NCBI GenBank assembly: GCA_963806855.1
Contig: CAWDYW010000001.1
Location: forward strand, 896,001-960,000
Direction of reading: 5' to 3'
Source: an uncultured Verrucomicrobiae bacterium
GTDB lineage: Bacteria > Chlamydiota > Chlamydiia > Chlamydiales > Rhabdochlamydiaceae
Length of the DNA stretch: 64,000 nucleotides
A program made the translations under genes and the position numbers. The notes under the pieces are model-generated. The model saw only the letters and a program-made list of their open reading frames with translations, did no database searches and was not told where the DNA came from. Positions within the stretch are counted from its first letter, which is position 1. The number at the start of each line of letters is the position of its first letter. Positions 18,301 through 26,786 of this stretch are shown here, piece after piece.

Positions 18301-18574
18301 GGTTTGCGAGTGCTCCTGTTTCGCTCCCTATATCGGCCTCAGCTGGGTCGGAGAGTTCCCCTTAGGGCATTCTAAGCAAAAGGCGAGCTTCACCGGTCAG
18401 AGCTGTGTGATCGATGTGACTAGCTACCACTCTTCCATTCAACTCGCATCTCCTCAAGCAGGTGTGAAGTGGACTCAAAATAGTGGATTTTCATTCTTGG
18501 TGGGTTACAAAGGGCTCTACAATAGCAAGACCAGCATCAATGAAGTTGATGCAAGTGTAGAGTGGGTATTTTGA
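15359..18574 (+). CDS. autotransporter with Gly-rich (PGRS-like) passenger and Cys-rich beta-barrel
   Basis: Signal peptide, GGxGG runs, LTKSGPALLQLSGANTYTG passenger-associated repeat, barrel ending VEWVF. Confidence 0.9.
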   Translation: MYWKKTLASLVCLTSSSMLYSDQNVTTSTQLQNAIVTYANTGADTTINFTASPIDLTVAFGAPNLRPLNVMNNFTPTAFPITINGNGNMLSSGGLGTPHRGFFVRGGNVTLNNIVFNQLASVGGNGGSSGGGGGAGIGGALIVGSGSNVTAVNCVFQNSIAQGGTGGPAGNAAINGQGGGGGGGLVGAGGIGSDYSAAGGGGLDHSGGSATTPGADLYNGGGGGGVGNNGGDESSSSDPNAGFGGGDYSGAVGGAGGIFAVTSPPRDGIMGPPGGGGGGGYQCCSSTFGCFCGPIAAGKGGDGNIGGGGGAGGAGDANTSSGGKGGDFGGGGAGNNGAPGGKGGFCGGGGCGGVSFTGSLNNPAGAGGGSVFGGGGGGGGGANTGGPFPGGLGGIHGFGGGDGSPGAVSGPDVSGYYPNGAGGGGAGFGGAIFIQTGGALALQNNVSFTGNSVAGGAGGAASGGASAGMNGSGAGSDIFMMSGSNLSFDISNNVALQNPIEGDQGAGGGSTSAGGLTKSGPALLQLSGANTYTGITNVQAGTLQIGTSVVTDVEVQSGATLTGTFSIFPNTAGTNNGNLTNSGTVSPGVNQLGVITISGNFINNSNGTLAIGITPSGTNGSLFLPTGTSLLNGGILEVFVNSGAYTDGTQYTVINSPTIGTFAQLVQTGPMANRLVIDVAYSSVVLTIRNNPIFNPAVITSSVARAVANCITSALPFTDPDFAAVVQNIGRLSNSQINRALIDLSPVNYGALDWINERNNNYLADILSERLFELCCSPRDCCSCDCNRSVWIDVFVNLMNNSKHYDNLSPFDANAVGVATGLDYCFNSFTLGAAFAYTHTWLNWKHRHGNSDINSYYGALYGNYEGCWLNADISFIGGGSDHHLKRKIDIRGADVLTGAPVVIDRSAKSHPWGYFFTGHLGLRTDWDWCCTTIEPFGLIDYNYFQRQSFKEHGAESLNLKVKQHTQNMLRGEAGLRAYRTWVCECSCFAPYIGLSWVGEFPLGHSKQKASFTGQSCVIDVTSYHSSIQLASPQAGVKWTQNSGFSFLVGYKGLYNSKTSINEVDASVEWVF

Positions 18575-20699
18575 TCTGTAGTTGGGCCTGAATCTTTTCC
18601 TTCAGGCCAGTATGCCGCTTTTGGACTTCTTCGGTGCGCACAGCAATCGCAATGGCTTTCTTCGTCCCGACTAAGATCACCATTTTTTTACCCCGCGTAA
18701 TCCCCGTATAAAGCAAATTCCGATGCAGCAATTTAAAGTGGGTGGTGTGGACCGGGATGATGACGCAGGGACATTCGCTTCCCTGATACTTGTGGATCGA
18801 GACGGCATAAGCGAGTACCAACTCATCCAATTCACTGAAATCGTACTCCACGACCCGTCCATCAAATTCGACCGTTAGCTTTTGCTCGACCAAATCGATG
18901 TCCTTGATGAGCCCCACATCGCCATTAAACACCTCTTTCTGGTAGTCATTGCGGATCTGCATCACCTTGTCGCCCTTGTGGAACCGATTGCCCATCCTGA
19001 TCAGCGGCTCATTGCTTGGATTGAGCGCCTCTTGCATCACTGCATTGAGATTTTCGGTGCCGATCACCCCTCGTTTCATCGGGCAGAGGATCTGGATCCC
19101 TTCGAGCTTGTCAAATTGCTTCAGCTCCTTGGTCACCAGCCGCACCAGAATATTTTGGATCTCTTCTGGAGATTCCTCTTCAAAAAAGCGGAAGTCCTTT
19201 TCCCCTTCGAGCCAGGGGAATTCGCCTCGGTTGATTCGGTGGGCATTTGTAATGATGTGAGACCCTTTTGCTTGGCGGAAAATCTCGGTGAGCCGCACCA
19301 CCGGCACTGCACCCGAGTCGATGATATCGCGGAGCACGTTTCCTGGGCCAACGCTGGGGAGCTGATCGATATCGCCAACTAGAATCAGCCTGCATGTCGT
19401 GGGGATTGCCTTCAGAAGGCTGTACATCAGCTGCGTATCGACCATACTCGTCTCATCGACGATGATCAAGTCGCAATTGAGGGGATTATCCTTTCCTTTT
19501 TTAAAGCCGCCCGCGGTAAAGTCCATCTCCAAAAGTGCGTGGATCGTAAATGCTTTGCGGTGGCAGATTTCGCTCATCCGTTTGGCCGCACGCCCCGTAG
19601 GAGCTGCCAACAGAATCTTTTTCGATAGCTTTTCGCTGATGCGCAAAATGGCATTGGTGATCGTGCTCTTACCCGTACCAGGGCCGCCCGTCAAAATCAA
19701 AATCTTTTCATTAACCGCCCGGCTGACCCCTTCGACTTGCTGCTCGGCTAAATGGATCCTCAGCTGCTCCTGCACCCAGGCGAGCGCCTTCTCGGTATCG
19801 ACTTGTCTCAATGCACAAGGGGCATCTTGGATCCGCGCGAGTTCCCTTGCAATGCCGAGCTCGCAAAGATAGAGCGGTTTAATCCAGATTACACCCTCTT
19901 CTTCGGCCAAAATTTTCTGTTCGATCAAAGCGGCAATTTGCTCTTGCACCTTGTCCGGCTCCACCTCGAGCATCTTTTCGCAGACCCCGATCAGCTCCAC
20001 TTTGGGATAGCAGACGTGCCCATCGCCCGAAAGCTCCCACAAAACGTACTGAATCCCGCTCGCAATTCGTTGTGGAGCGTGCTTCGACACTCCCAAATCT
20101 TGGGCGATCTTGTCGGCACTCTTAAACCCGATTCCCCGAATCTCCTGAGCGATGCGGTAAGGGTTCTCGAGCATCTTCTCAATGCTCTCTTCTCCATAGG
20201 CTTTGAAAATTTTCTGAGCGAAAGAAGGGCTGACCCCATGGCCGCGCAAAAAGATCATGACCGAGCGGACCATCCGCTGTTCTTTCCAACACCGAATGAT
20301 TAGCTCAACCCGCTTTTCCCCAATCCCAGGGACAGAGAGGAGCTTTTCGGGTTTTGTTTCGATTATATTGAGGGTCTCGGCTCCAAATTTATCGACGATC
20401 CGCCCTGCATAAGCAGGACCGATCCCTTTGATCATTCCCGATTCTAAATAGCGCTGAATGCCAGCTGCGTCGGTCGGCGCCTGGGCTTCGAAAGATTGGA
20501 CTTCAAATTGCTGTCCGAATTTTGAGTGGAGCTTCCAGGTTCCTTTGCAGCGGATAGTCTCACCGACGTGGACCCCCGGCATGATCCCCACAATCGGGGT
20601 CACATCCTGCTTCTTGGGCTCCTTGATTTTGGCCACGACAAAGCCATTCTCCTCTTCAGAGAATAAAATTGAGTCGACATATCCAAAGATCTCTTCCAT
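18537..20699 (-). CDS. recD2: ATP-dependent RecD2-like helicase
   Basis: N-terminal OB/HhH (IKGIG, VPGIG), GGPGTGKS, APTGRAAKR, DETSM, GDIDQLPSVGPG, IHKYQGSE. Confidence 0.95.
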   Translation of the reverse strand: MEEIFGYVDSILFSEEENGFVVAKIKEPKKQDVTPIVGIMPGVHVGETIRCKGTWKLHSKFGQQFEVQSFEAQAPTDAAGIQRYLESGMIKGIGPAYAGRIVDKFGAETLNIIETKPEKLLSVPGIGEKRVELIIRCWKEQRMVRSVMIFLRGHGVSPSFAQKIFKAYGEESIEKMLENPYRIAQEIRGIGFKSADKIAQDLGVSKHAPQRIASGIQYVLWELSGDGHVCYPKVELIGVCEKMLEVEPDKVQEQIAALIEQKILAEEEGVIWIKPLYLCELGIARELARIQDAPCALRQVDTEKALAWVQEQLRIHLAEQQVEGVSRAVNEKILILTGGPGTGKSTITNAILRISEKLSKKILLAAPTGRAAKRMSEICHRKAFTIHALLEMDFTAGGFKKGKDNPLNCDLIIVDETSMVDTQLMYSLLKAIPTTCRLILVGDIDQLPSVGPGNVLRDIIDSGAVPVVRLTEIFRQAKGSHIITNAHRINRGEFPWLEGEKDFRFFEEESPEEIQNILVRLVTKELKQFDKLEGIQILCPMKRGVIGTENLNAVMQEALNPSNEPLIRMGNRFHKGDKVMQIRNDYQKEVFNGDVGLIKDIDLVEQKLTVEFDGRVVEYDFSELDELVLAYAVSIHKYQGSECPCVIIPVHTTHFKLLHRNLLYTGITRGKKMVILVGTKKAIAIAVRTEEVQKRHTGLKEKIQAQLQIKIPTLHLHQLH

Positions 20700-20886
20700 T
20701 TTAAGAAGCTTATCACTCCTTGAGCCGATTTTGCAAACAAATCTCTTTCTACGTGGAACGGACTAAGATACAGGAGGTTATGCGATATGAAAAAAATTGT
20801 CTAGCACAAGCATTTTCTTAACACTATATTAACAATAATATGTTATTATGCTTGCTCAAACTAACATTAAATTTAAGGGAAAATAT

Positions 20887-22704
20887 ATGTCTATACCACA
20901 AGATTATGAGAGAGTTGGAGCTGCATTTGGTCAAGGTTTTGCCAGTGCTGTAACTAAGTCATTTAACGATGGAAACATGGGCGATCAAATTGTCACAAGG
21001 ATTGCTCAAATAGCTGGTGGGCTATTTAATAATATTAATGCCAATGAGTTGGGAGAGCAGGTTGGTTCAAAATTCGCAGAATTCGCCAAGAGGACTATTC
21101 TAGGAACTGGCTGGAATAGTGCTGAAATGGGGTCTGGGGTTGGAACAGGAATCAATGATTTTCTTCGTCGTCTTGTTCAAGATACTAACATGAAGAGTAT
21201 TACTGGTGATTTTATCAAAGAGATAAGCGATGCCTTTAAGGAATCCATTACAAAAATGGATACGGCGGGCAACATGAAACACGTCGCCTCCGAGTTTGAT
21301 GCTGGTATGGGTGTTTTCCGTGAAAATTTATTTAAGCAAATTGATTTACTTAGAGCCGATTTCCAATCGATTTTTAGTAATGTGGCTCGTGATATCACTC
21401 TAAAGACACTCCCTTGGATCGCTTTAGGGGGAGCGATTTTGGTGGGAACGCCACTTCTCACAATGTATGTATATAAAAAGGCGGTTCATAATATCGGACG
21501 TCCACTACTTGCACAAGAGGTTCGTAAGGTAGGAGTGTGGGATCGGACTACCGATGGAGTTACCCGTACTGCCTCAAGTATCTGGAATTCTACTAAAACA
21601 GGGATGAAATGGAGCGCGTTAGTAGGAACCTCAGGACTCGTCCTTTCCTTGGCGGGAGCGATCACTTCTCAAATTATGAGCGGGGATCCTGGATATGGTG
21701 CTCGTGTAATAGAAGGTATTGCCTGTGCTATCGATAGAAATTACTGGTGTAACCCTGCTCCTGCTCTTCCACTGATTGCAGCGACGATTGCCTCAGGGGT
21801 ATTTCCCGCGACCATTAATCTGGCCAAAGATTTATATGGTTTTGTTAAAAAATCGATGAAGGTAGATCCACAACCGGTCTTTAGTGCTGAATTACAAAAA
21901 AGAATTGATGATTTGACCAAAGCCACCTACAACATCAAGCAAAACGGTGGCTATATGCAAAATTTATTATTGGAAGGTCCTGGAGGTATAGGCAAAACAA
22001 TGATTTCTAAGTATATTGCCAGAAACTCAAGCCTGAATTACGTGATGATGTCAGGCGGTGATCTCGCTCAATTTATTAAACGAGGCGAGCACGTCACAGA
22101 AGTGAATAGACTTTTTGCAGATGCAAAAAGTTCTTATTATCCAACGATTGTATTCATCGATGAATGCGAATCCTTGTGCGGCGATCGTAGTAAGAATGAT
22201 AGGACAGAATTGACAGAGTTAATCAATGCTTTTCTCAACCATACAGGTGAACCAAGCAAGCAAGTGATGATCATTTTAGCGACTAATAGAAAAGATGATC
22301 TTGATCCTGCTGTCCTCGATAGAATGGACCATAAACTCCACATAGATTTACCTGAAGAGCCGGAGCGTAAAAAAATTATCGAACTTCATTTGCCAACATT
22401 TATGACTCCAGCAGAACGCAGTGAATTGTTTACTGATAGAGTGATCAGCAGCATTGCACAGCAGACAGAAGGATTCAGTGGACGCGCAATTTTTAAAATG
22501 CTCAATACCATGTCAAGTAAGCGTGCAGCTACTAAGGACAATAGACTCACAGAACAAATGGTTATGGATACAGTCACCGACCTTGTTAAACAAGAGCGAC
22601 CTGCTCCTGATATTCCTAAGCTTCCCGAGTCTACTCTAAGTCAGCTGATGTCATGTAGCTTTTTACCATGGATTTATCGTAAAATTGTACCGTTATCCGC
22701 ATAA
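20887..22704 (+). CDS. membrane-anchored AAA+ ATPase, ATAD3-like
   Basis: Walker A GPGGIGKT, Walker B IVFIDE, ATNR..LDPAVLDR; hydrophobic helices before the AAA domain; start 20887 (or 20848). Confidence 0.85.
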   Translation: MSIPQDYERVGAAFGQGFASAVTKSFNDGNMGDQIVTRIAQIAGGLFNNINANELGEQVGSKFAEFAKRTILGTGWNSAEMGSGVGTGINDFLRRLVQDTNMKSITGDFIKEISDAFKESITKMDTAGNMKHVASEFDAGMGVFRENLFKQIDLLRADFQSIFSNVARDITLKTLPWIALGGAILVGTPLLTMYVYKKAVHNIGRPLLAQEVRKVGVWDRTTDGVTRTASSIWNSTKTGMKWSALVGTSGLVLSLAGAITSQIMSGDPGYGARVIEGIACAIDRNYWCNPAPALPLIAATIASGVFPATINLAKDLYGFVKKSMKVDPQPVFSAELQKRIDDLTKATYNIKQNGGYMQNLLLEGPGGIGKTMISKYIARNSSLNYVMMSGGDLAQFIKRGEHVTEVNRLFADAKSSYYPTIVFIDECESLCGDRSKNDRTELTELINAFLNHTGEPSKQVMIILATNRKDDLDPAVLDRMDHKLHIDLPEEPERKKIIELHLPTFMTPAERSELFTDRVISSIAQQTEGFSGRAIFKMLNTMSSKRAATKDNRLTEQMVMDTVTDLVKQERPAPDIPKLPESTLSQLMSCSFLPWIYRKIVPLSA

Positions 22705-24240
22705 TAAGGGCTTTAAGCCCCTTGAGACTTGAGCGATTTTAGCAGAGCCCTCTTTCAGCTTACCATCGACAGTATAGGCGCCGAAAGCTTGGGGTCTCAT
22801 CCCCATGTCCCATTCAAAGTTATCGCTCATCGACCATTTGTAATAGCCGCGAAGATTCTCTTTGCCGATGATCTCTTGGGCCTTCTGCGCTGCATAGCGA
22901 GCGCGAGACAGGTAACGGGCCCTTTGAACAGGATCGTGCGTCGAAATTCCATTCTCAGTGACAATGACAGGCGCTTTATAGGCTTTATAGGTCTCCAGGA
23001 TCGCCTCATACAAACCTTCAGGATCCTCGCAGAAGGGCATCTGTGTCATCGGCGCATGCTCAGATGTGGGTCCCAACAATCCCAACCTTGGCCTGGAGTA
23101 ATACTGCACACCGACAAAGTCAGTTTTCGGAGCGGGCATATTCTCATCGGTCACATTGACAAAAGGCATTTTGAATTCAAATTTGCCTGTGGAGAAGTAA
23201 TTGAAAGCTACCTCATTCATCAACCGATTCAAATAGCGGGTAACAGGATAGATAAGCGGATTGGTATGAATAAATTTCACATACTGGTGGACGATCCCGA
23301 TTTGGACGCTCTGTGGCGCTATCTTTTTCAACCTTTCGTAGGCCAAAGAATGTGCTTTGAAGGCCCCTTTTAAGAAATTGGCCGCCCGAGTGAAATTCAT
23401 GAAAACACCCGGAGAGAACGCTCCTCGAATAAAGCGAGAGAAGGCTTCCACAGCTGGTTCGTTGATCGTACAGAAATGCTCTACGAGAGGCTTACCCCGA
23501 TACTTTTGCGTAAGAGCCGGCATCGCTTTCTCGGCAAAGCGGATAAACGCTTCGATGTTCGCCTCATTTTCAAAGCTCCCTTTTTCATGGAACCAAACTG
23601 GTTCAGAAAAATGGTGCAGAGTGACCATCGGGGTGATGCCGCGGTCCCGTAAGTTCTTGCACAAATTGACATAGATTTGGAGATTGACCTCATTCCATTG
23701 CCCCTCTTGAGGCTCAATGTGGCTCCATTCGATCGAAAAGCGGTACGAATTGACCCCGAGCTCTTGGAGCCGATCGATCAGCAGATCGCGTCCTGCTTTG
23801 GTCTTATATAGCTCAAAAAAGTTGGCGCTACTTCCTGAGCGATTTTCTTCCGGCACCACTTTCTCTTCCCAATTGGCCCATTGCGAATCGGGGCAATGGA
23901 CTGAGCCTGAGTCTTGATACGTGCAAGTAGCCGCCCCATCCTGAAAAGTCATATCACCTTGCCCAAGGGTGAGATCTAGATCGCCCAATTTCTCCCATAG
24001 CCTTGCATCCTTCAATATAGAGGTAAAGTCCTCTCTCGGATCGGGCAATGTCGATGCAAAACTCGCAAGATAGGCCAAAATTTTATTGACCAACTGGAGA
24101 CAGCTGAGGGCGAGTCCCACCGGGATTTCGACCAAAAGGGGCAGAATATGAACGACATTCCAACCCTCAGGTGAAGGAGTGAGCCGGTCTTCGATATCGG
24201 CCCAAACTAGATCATGGAAATTTGAAAAAGTGGTAATCAT
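22693..24240 (-). CDS. glycoside hydrolase family 1 with N-terminal hydrophobic extension
   Basis: YRFSIEWS, TLHHF, TINEP (acid/base), VTENG (nucleophile), DNFEW. Confidence 0.92.
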   Translation of the reverse strand: MITTFSNFHDLVWADIEDRLTPSPEGWNVVHILPLLVEIPVGLALSCLQLVNKILAYLASFASTLPDPREDFTSILKDARLWEKLGDLDLTLGQGDMTFQDGAATCTYQDSGSVHCPDSQWANWEEKVVPEENRSGSSANFFELYKTKAGRDLLIDRLQELGVNSYRFSIEWSHIEPQEGQWNEVNLQIYVNLCKNLRDRGITPMVTLHHFSEPVWFHEKGSFENEANIEAFIRFAEKAMPALTQKYRGKPLVEHFCTINEPAVEAFSRFIRGAFSPGVFMNFTRAANFLKGAFKAHSLAYERLKKIAPQSVQIGIVHQYVKFIHTNPLIYPVTRYLNRLMNEVAFNYFSTGKFEFKMPFVNVTDENMPAPKTDFVGVQYYSRPRLGLLGPTSEHAPMTQMPFCEDPEGLYEAILETYKAYKAPVIVTENGISTHDPVQRARYLSRARYAAQKAQEIIGKENLRGYYKWSMSDNFEWDMGMRPQAFGAYTVDGKLKEGSAKIAQVSRGLKPLLCG

Positions 24241-24264
24241 GGGAAAATGTTACCACAATCGGGA

Positions 24265-24723
24265 TTAAATTTGATCCGGACCGATAACCCAGCGGATGAT
24301 CCAATTGCCATCGATCGCTTCAAGACAAACGACCGTACCGCCCTGGAAGTTGACCAAAAGTTGATCCTCATCGCCGATGACCAAAGTGCCTATCAGCTTA
24401 TTCATGAAGGGGAGATGGCCGACGATCATGATATCTTCATCTTCGGCCTCCACCAACGTGGCGATCGCATCGATCCGGTCATTTGGATTGAGGTTGCGAT
24501 GCTCTTCCAGCTTGGCATCTGGGGCGAGGTAGTCACCAAAGATCTCGGCCGTCTGCTTGGCTCTTAGCTTTTGGCTATACAGGATTCTGGAGAGGGGAAA
24601 GCTCCGTTTAGCAAGCAGCCTGGCGATTTTTTCGACATTCTCGAATCCCTGCGGGCTCAAAGGGTGCTCTGGGTTAATTTCCGCTGGAAGAGAATCTCCA
24701 TGCCTGACTAAATAAATTTTCAT
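24265..24723 (-). CDS. sixA: phosphohistidine phosphatase SixA
   Basis: YLVRHG, LRAKQTAE, IVGHLP. Confidence 0.9.
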   Translation of the reverse strand: MKIYLVRHGDSLPAEINPEHPLSPQGFENVEKIARLLAKRSFPLSRILYSQKLRAKQTAEIFGDYLAPDAKLEEHRNLNPNDRIDAIATLVEAEDEDIMIVGHLPFMNKLIGTLVIGDEDQLLVNFQGGTVVCLEAIDGNWIIRWVIGPDQI

Positions 24724-24776
24724 AATGACTCCTCCCTTTACTTTTAAACCACCATTTGCCTAAAATATCAACATAT

Positions 24777-24848
24777 TCCGGATTAGCTCAGCGGTAGAGC
24801 AGCGGACTGTTAATCCGTTGGTCGCTAGTTCGAATCTAGCATCCGGAG
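24777..24848 (+). tRNA. tRNA-Asn (GTT)
   Basis: Acceptor stem TCCGGAT/ATCCGGA, D arm GCTC-AGCGGTA-GAGC, anticodon loop CTGTTAA, T arm GCTAG-TTCGAAT-CTAGC; CCA not encoded. Confidence 0.97.
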
Positions 24849-24858
24849 ATTTGCCTAG

Positions 24859-24891
24859 AAGCACTTAGGACTAAAATCCTAAGTGCTTTTT
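24859..24891 (+). terminator. tRNA terminator; also the left direct repeat of the island
   Basis: AAGCACTTAGGA-CTAAAA-TCCTAAGTGCTT followed by a T run. Confidence 0.9.
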
Positions 24892-25108
24892 GTTTTTACA
24901 TCCGTAAAATGCCGCACTTCCGCTGCAACCACTAAGTGATCTACGCGATTCTTCAATGTAACACCGTGTTACATTGCTAAATCTTCCTTCTCGAGTCGGC
25001 CCATGCCAAACGCTCCGTCCTGCGCACGCCCTCAACGTTACATTACAGCCTTGAAATCAATTAAGGGGGTTGATAGATTTTCTTTAATTCTTACCTCATA
25101 GGTATATT

Positions 25109-25450
25109 ATGAATGTCTGCAATGTCTGCATGTATCATGGCCCGGGTTGCTTTAATAGTGATTGCCATCGCACGTCCCCAGCTGCGTATTTGGAACTGTG
25201 TAAAAAAATAAGAATTGCACCATCTCATACAGAAAACAAACCATCAACCGAACTCGGCGAGAGAAAATGGAAAAAACTGGACTGTATTGACCGTATTACT
25301 GTTGTCTGCATCGTAGTGTGTGTGGCTGCTGTGATTGCTGGGGTTGTCCTCCAACTTTTCTTAGATCCGACAATATGCACAGGCTTGGTCATTGGTGGCT
25401 TTCTCGGGCTTGCACTTGTACGCGCATATCACACTTATTTGCGGCGCTAG
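25109..25450 (+). CDS. small membrane protein with bilobed hydrophobic domain (Inc-like), paralogue 1
   Basis: CMYHGPGC N-terminus, RIAPS..E.KP.T...ERKWK, ~45-aa double hydrophobic helix. Confidence 0.75.
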   Translation: MNVCNVCMYHGPGCFNSDCHRTSPAAYLELCKKIRIAPSHTENKPSTELGERKWKKLDCIDRITVVCIVVCVAAVIAGVVLQLFLDPTICTGLVIGGFLGLALVRAYHTYLRR

Positions 25451-25610
25451 CTCCTGAAGCTTCTTTCGGATCAACGACCTAGCAAACACAACACCTTTCA
25501 CGCCTCCAAGTCAACCCTCGCCAAACGAAATGTCCAACCGTTGGACATTTGTCGCAGATTAGAGTCAAAAGCAGTGGGATAGGTCGAACAAATGTAATGC
25601 GGTGTTACAT

Positions 25611-25922
25611 CTAGACCCTGCCGGTTACAATAACCAATCTTCCCGCCTCTAGAGATGCCTTGCCAGTATGTTCGTTTATTCCTGTTTGAACCCTCTCATA
25701 CAATTCAGTCATCTTTACTCTATTATCTGGTGTATTAGCATCAATCCCGTCGATCTGTACAGAATTGAGCAATTTTGAAGGAGTTGATCCAACTTGCCCG
25801 TCAGCCAATATCATTGAGCTAATGTATGAGCCAGAAATGTACGCCGTTCCTTGTATGGCATCGCTGTCACAAAGCCGGAGTGTAATTTGATGGCTTGCTG
25901 TAGGGAAAGATATAAAACTCAT
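25611..25922 (-). CDS. hypothetical protein
   Basis: 103-aa ORF with GGAGG SD and AT-rich upstream region; no recognised motif. Confidence 0.65.
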   Translation of the reverse strand: MSFISFPTASHQITLRLCDSDAIQGTAYISGSYISSMILADGQVGSTPSKLLNSVQIDGIDANTPDNRVKMTELYERVQTGINEHTGKASLEAGRLVIVTGRV

Positions 25923-26159
25923 TTAAGCCTCCTGGGGTTTTGTAAATTTAATAAATTTTATTGAATTCATCAAAAAAATAACAGCAAATTATTCGTTCCC
26001 ACTGCTGGATATACTCCGGAACATTTTTGTCAAAATCACATCGACGGCAAAACTTAGGAGCGACAAAATTTTCACAAAATAGGAAGTCCTCAGAATAGAA
26101 GGAATCGATCGGCGTGAGCGTTGTAATGCCTCATTACATTGCCCCTTGAATTTTCTTAT

Positions 26160-26310
26160 GGATTAACGATCGGGCAAACTCGAAACCTTTGAGTCTCACA
26201 AAGTCATTCCAATCGCTCGGGTCTTTAGAGGTCGTGCAATCGACAAATTCAGGCTCAACCACGTAAACCACTCGCCAACAACTTGAATCGATTCAAGAGC
26301 CTTTGAAAGG
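26160..26310 (-). pseudogene. second fragment of a Toprim primase-like 3' end
   Basis: Diverged copy of ~26821-26970; minus strand reads VYVVEPEFV...KDPSDWNDFVRLKGFEF. Confidence 0.65.
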
Positions 26311-26429
26311 CTTTGTTGATCACCCACATGCAACCACCAACTGATCTACGCGATTCTTCAATGTTACGCCCTTGAATTTAATTAAATAGGTTGATAAATT
26401 TTCTTTAATTCTTATCTCAAGGACACAAT

Positions 26430-26786
26430 ATGTCTTACTGCCTTGTTCATGGTTCTGGTTGCAATATGCCAACGTTTTGCAATTACCTTCTATTCAATTC
26501 GCACAAGAACAGACCTCAGGATTCTGGCCAAAGAAGAATTGCGCCGTCTTATGCAGAAAGTAAGCCAACAACCGCGATCAGCGAGAGAAAATGGAAAAAC
26601 CTGAGCAATTGGGAAAAACGGGACTATATTGCTACTGGCTGCCAATTAATTTGTACGGCTGCTGTGCTTGCTGCATGCGTCCTCCGATTTTTCTTGGAAC
26701 CACCCATAATCATAGGTTTATTTATTGGCGGCGTTCTCGGGGCTGTATTTTTAACCGCATATCGCATTTATAACGACCGGAGTTAA
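26430..26786 (+). CDS. small membrane protein with bilobed hydrophobic domain (Inc-like), paralogue 2
   Basis: CLVHGSGC, RIAPSYAESKPTT..SERKWK, FFLEP..I.GL.IGG.LG; clearly homologous to 25109-25450. Confidence 0.78.
   Translation: MSYCLVHGSGCNMPTFCNYLLFNSHKNRPQDSGQRRIAPSYAESKPTTAISERKWKNLSNWEKRDYIATGCQLICTAAVLAACVLRFFLEPPIIIGLFIGGVLGAVFLTAYRIYNDRS

Noticed and set aside
18537..18574. Convergent 3' overlaps (also 22693-22704, 43491-43534, 61242-61280) as an antisense system
   Set aside because: Short tail-to-tail overlaps are common in compact genomes; no further evidence
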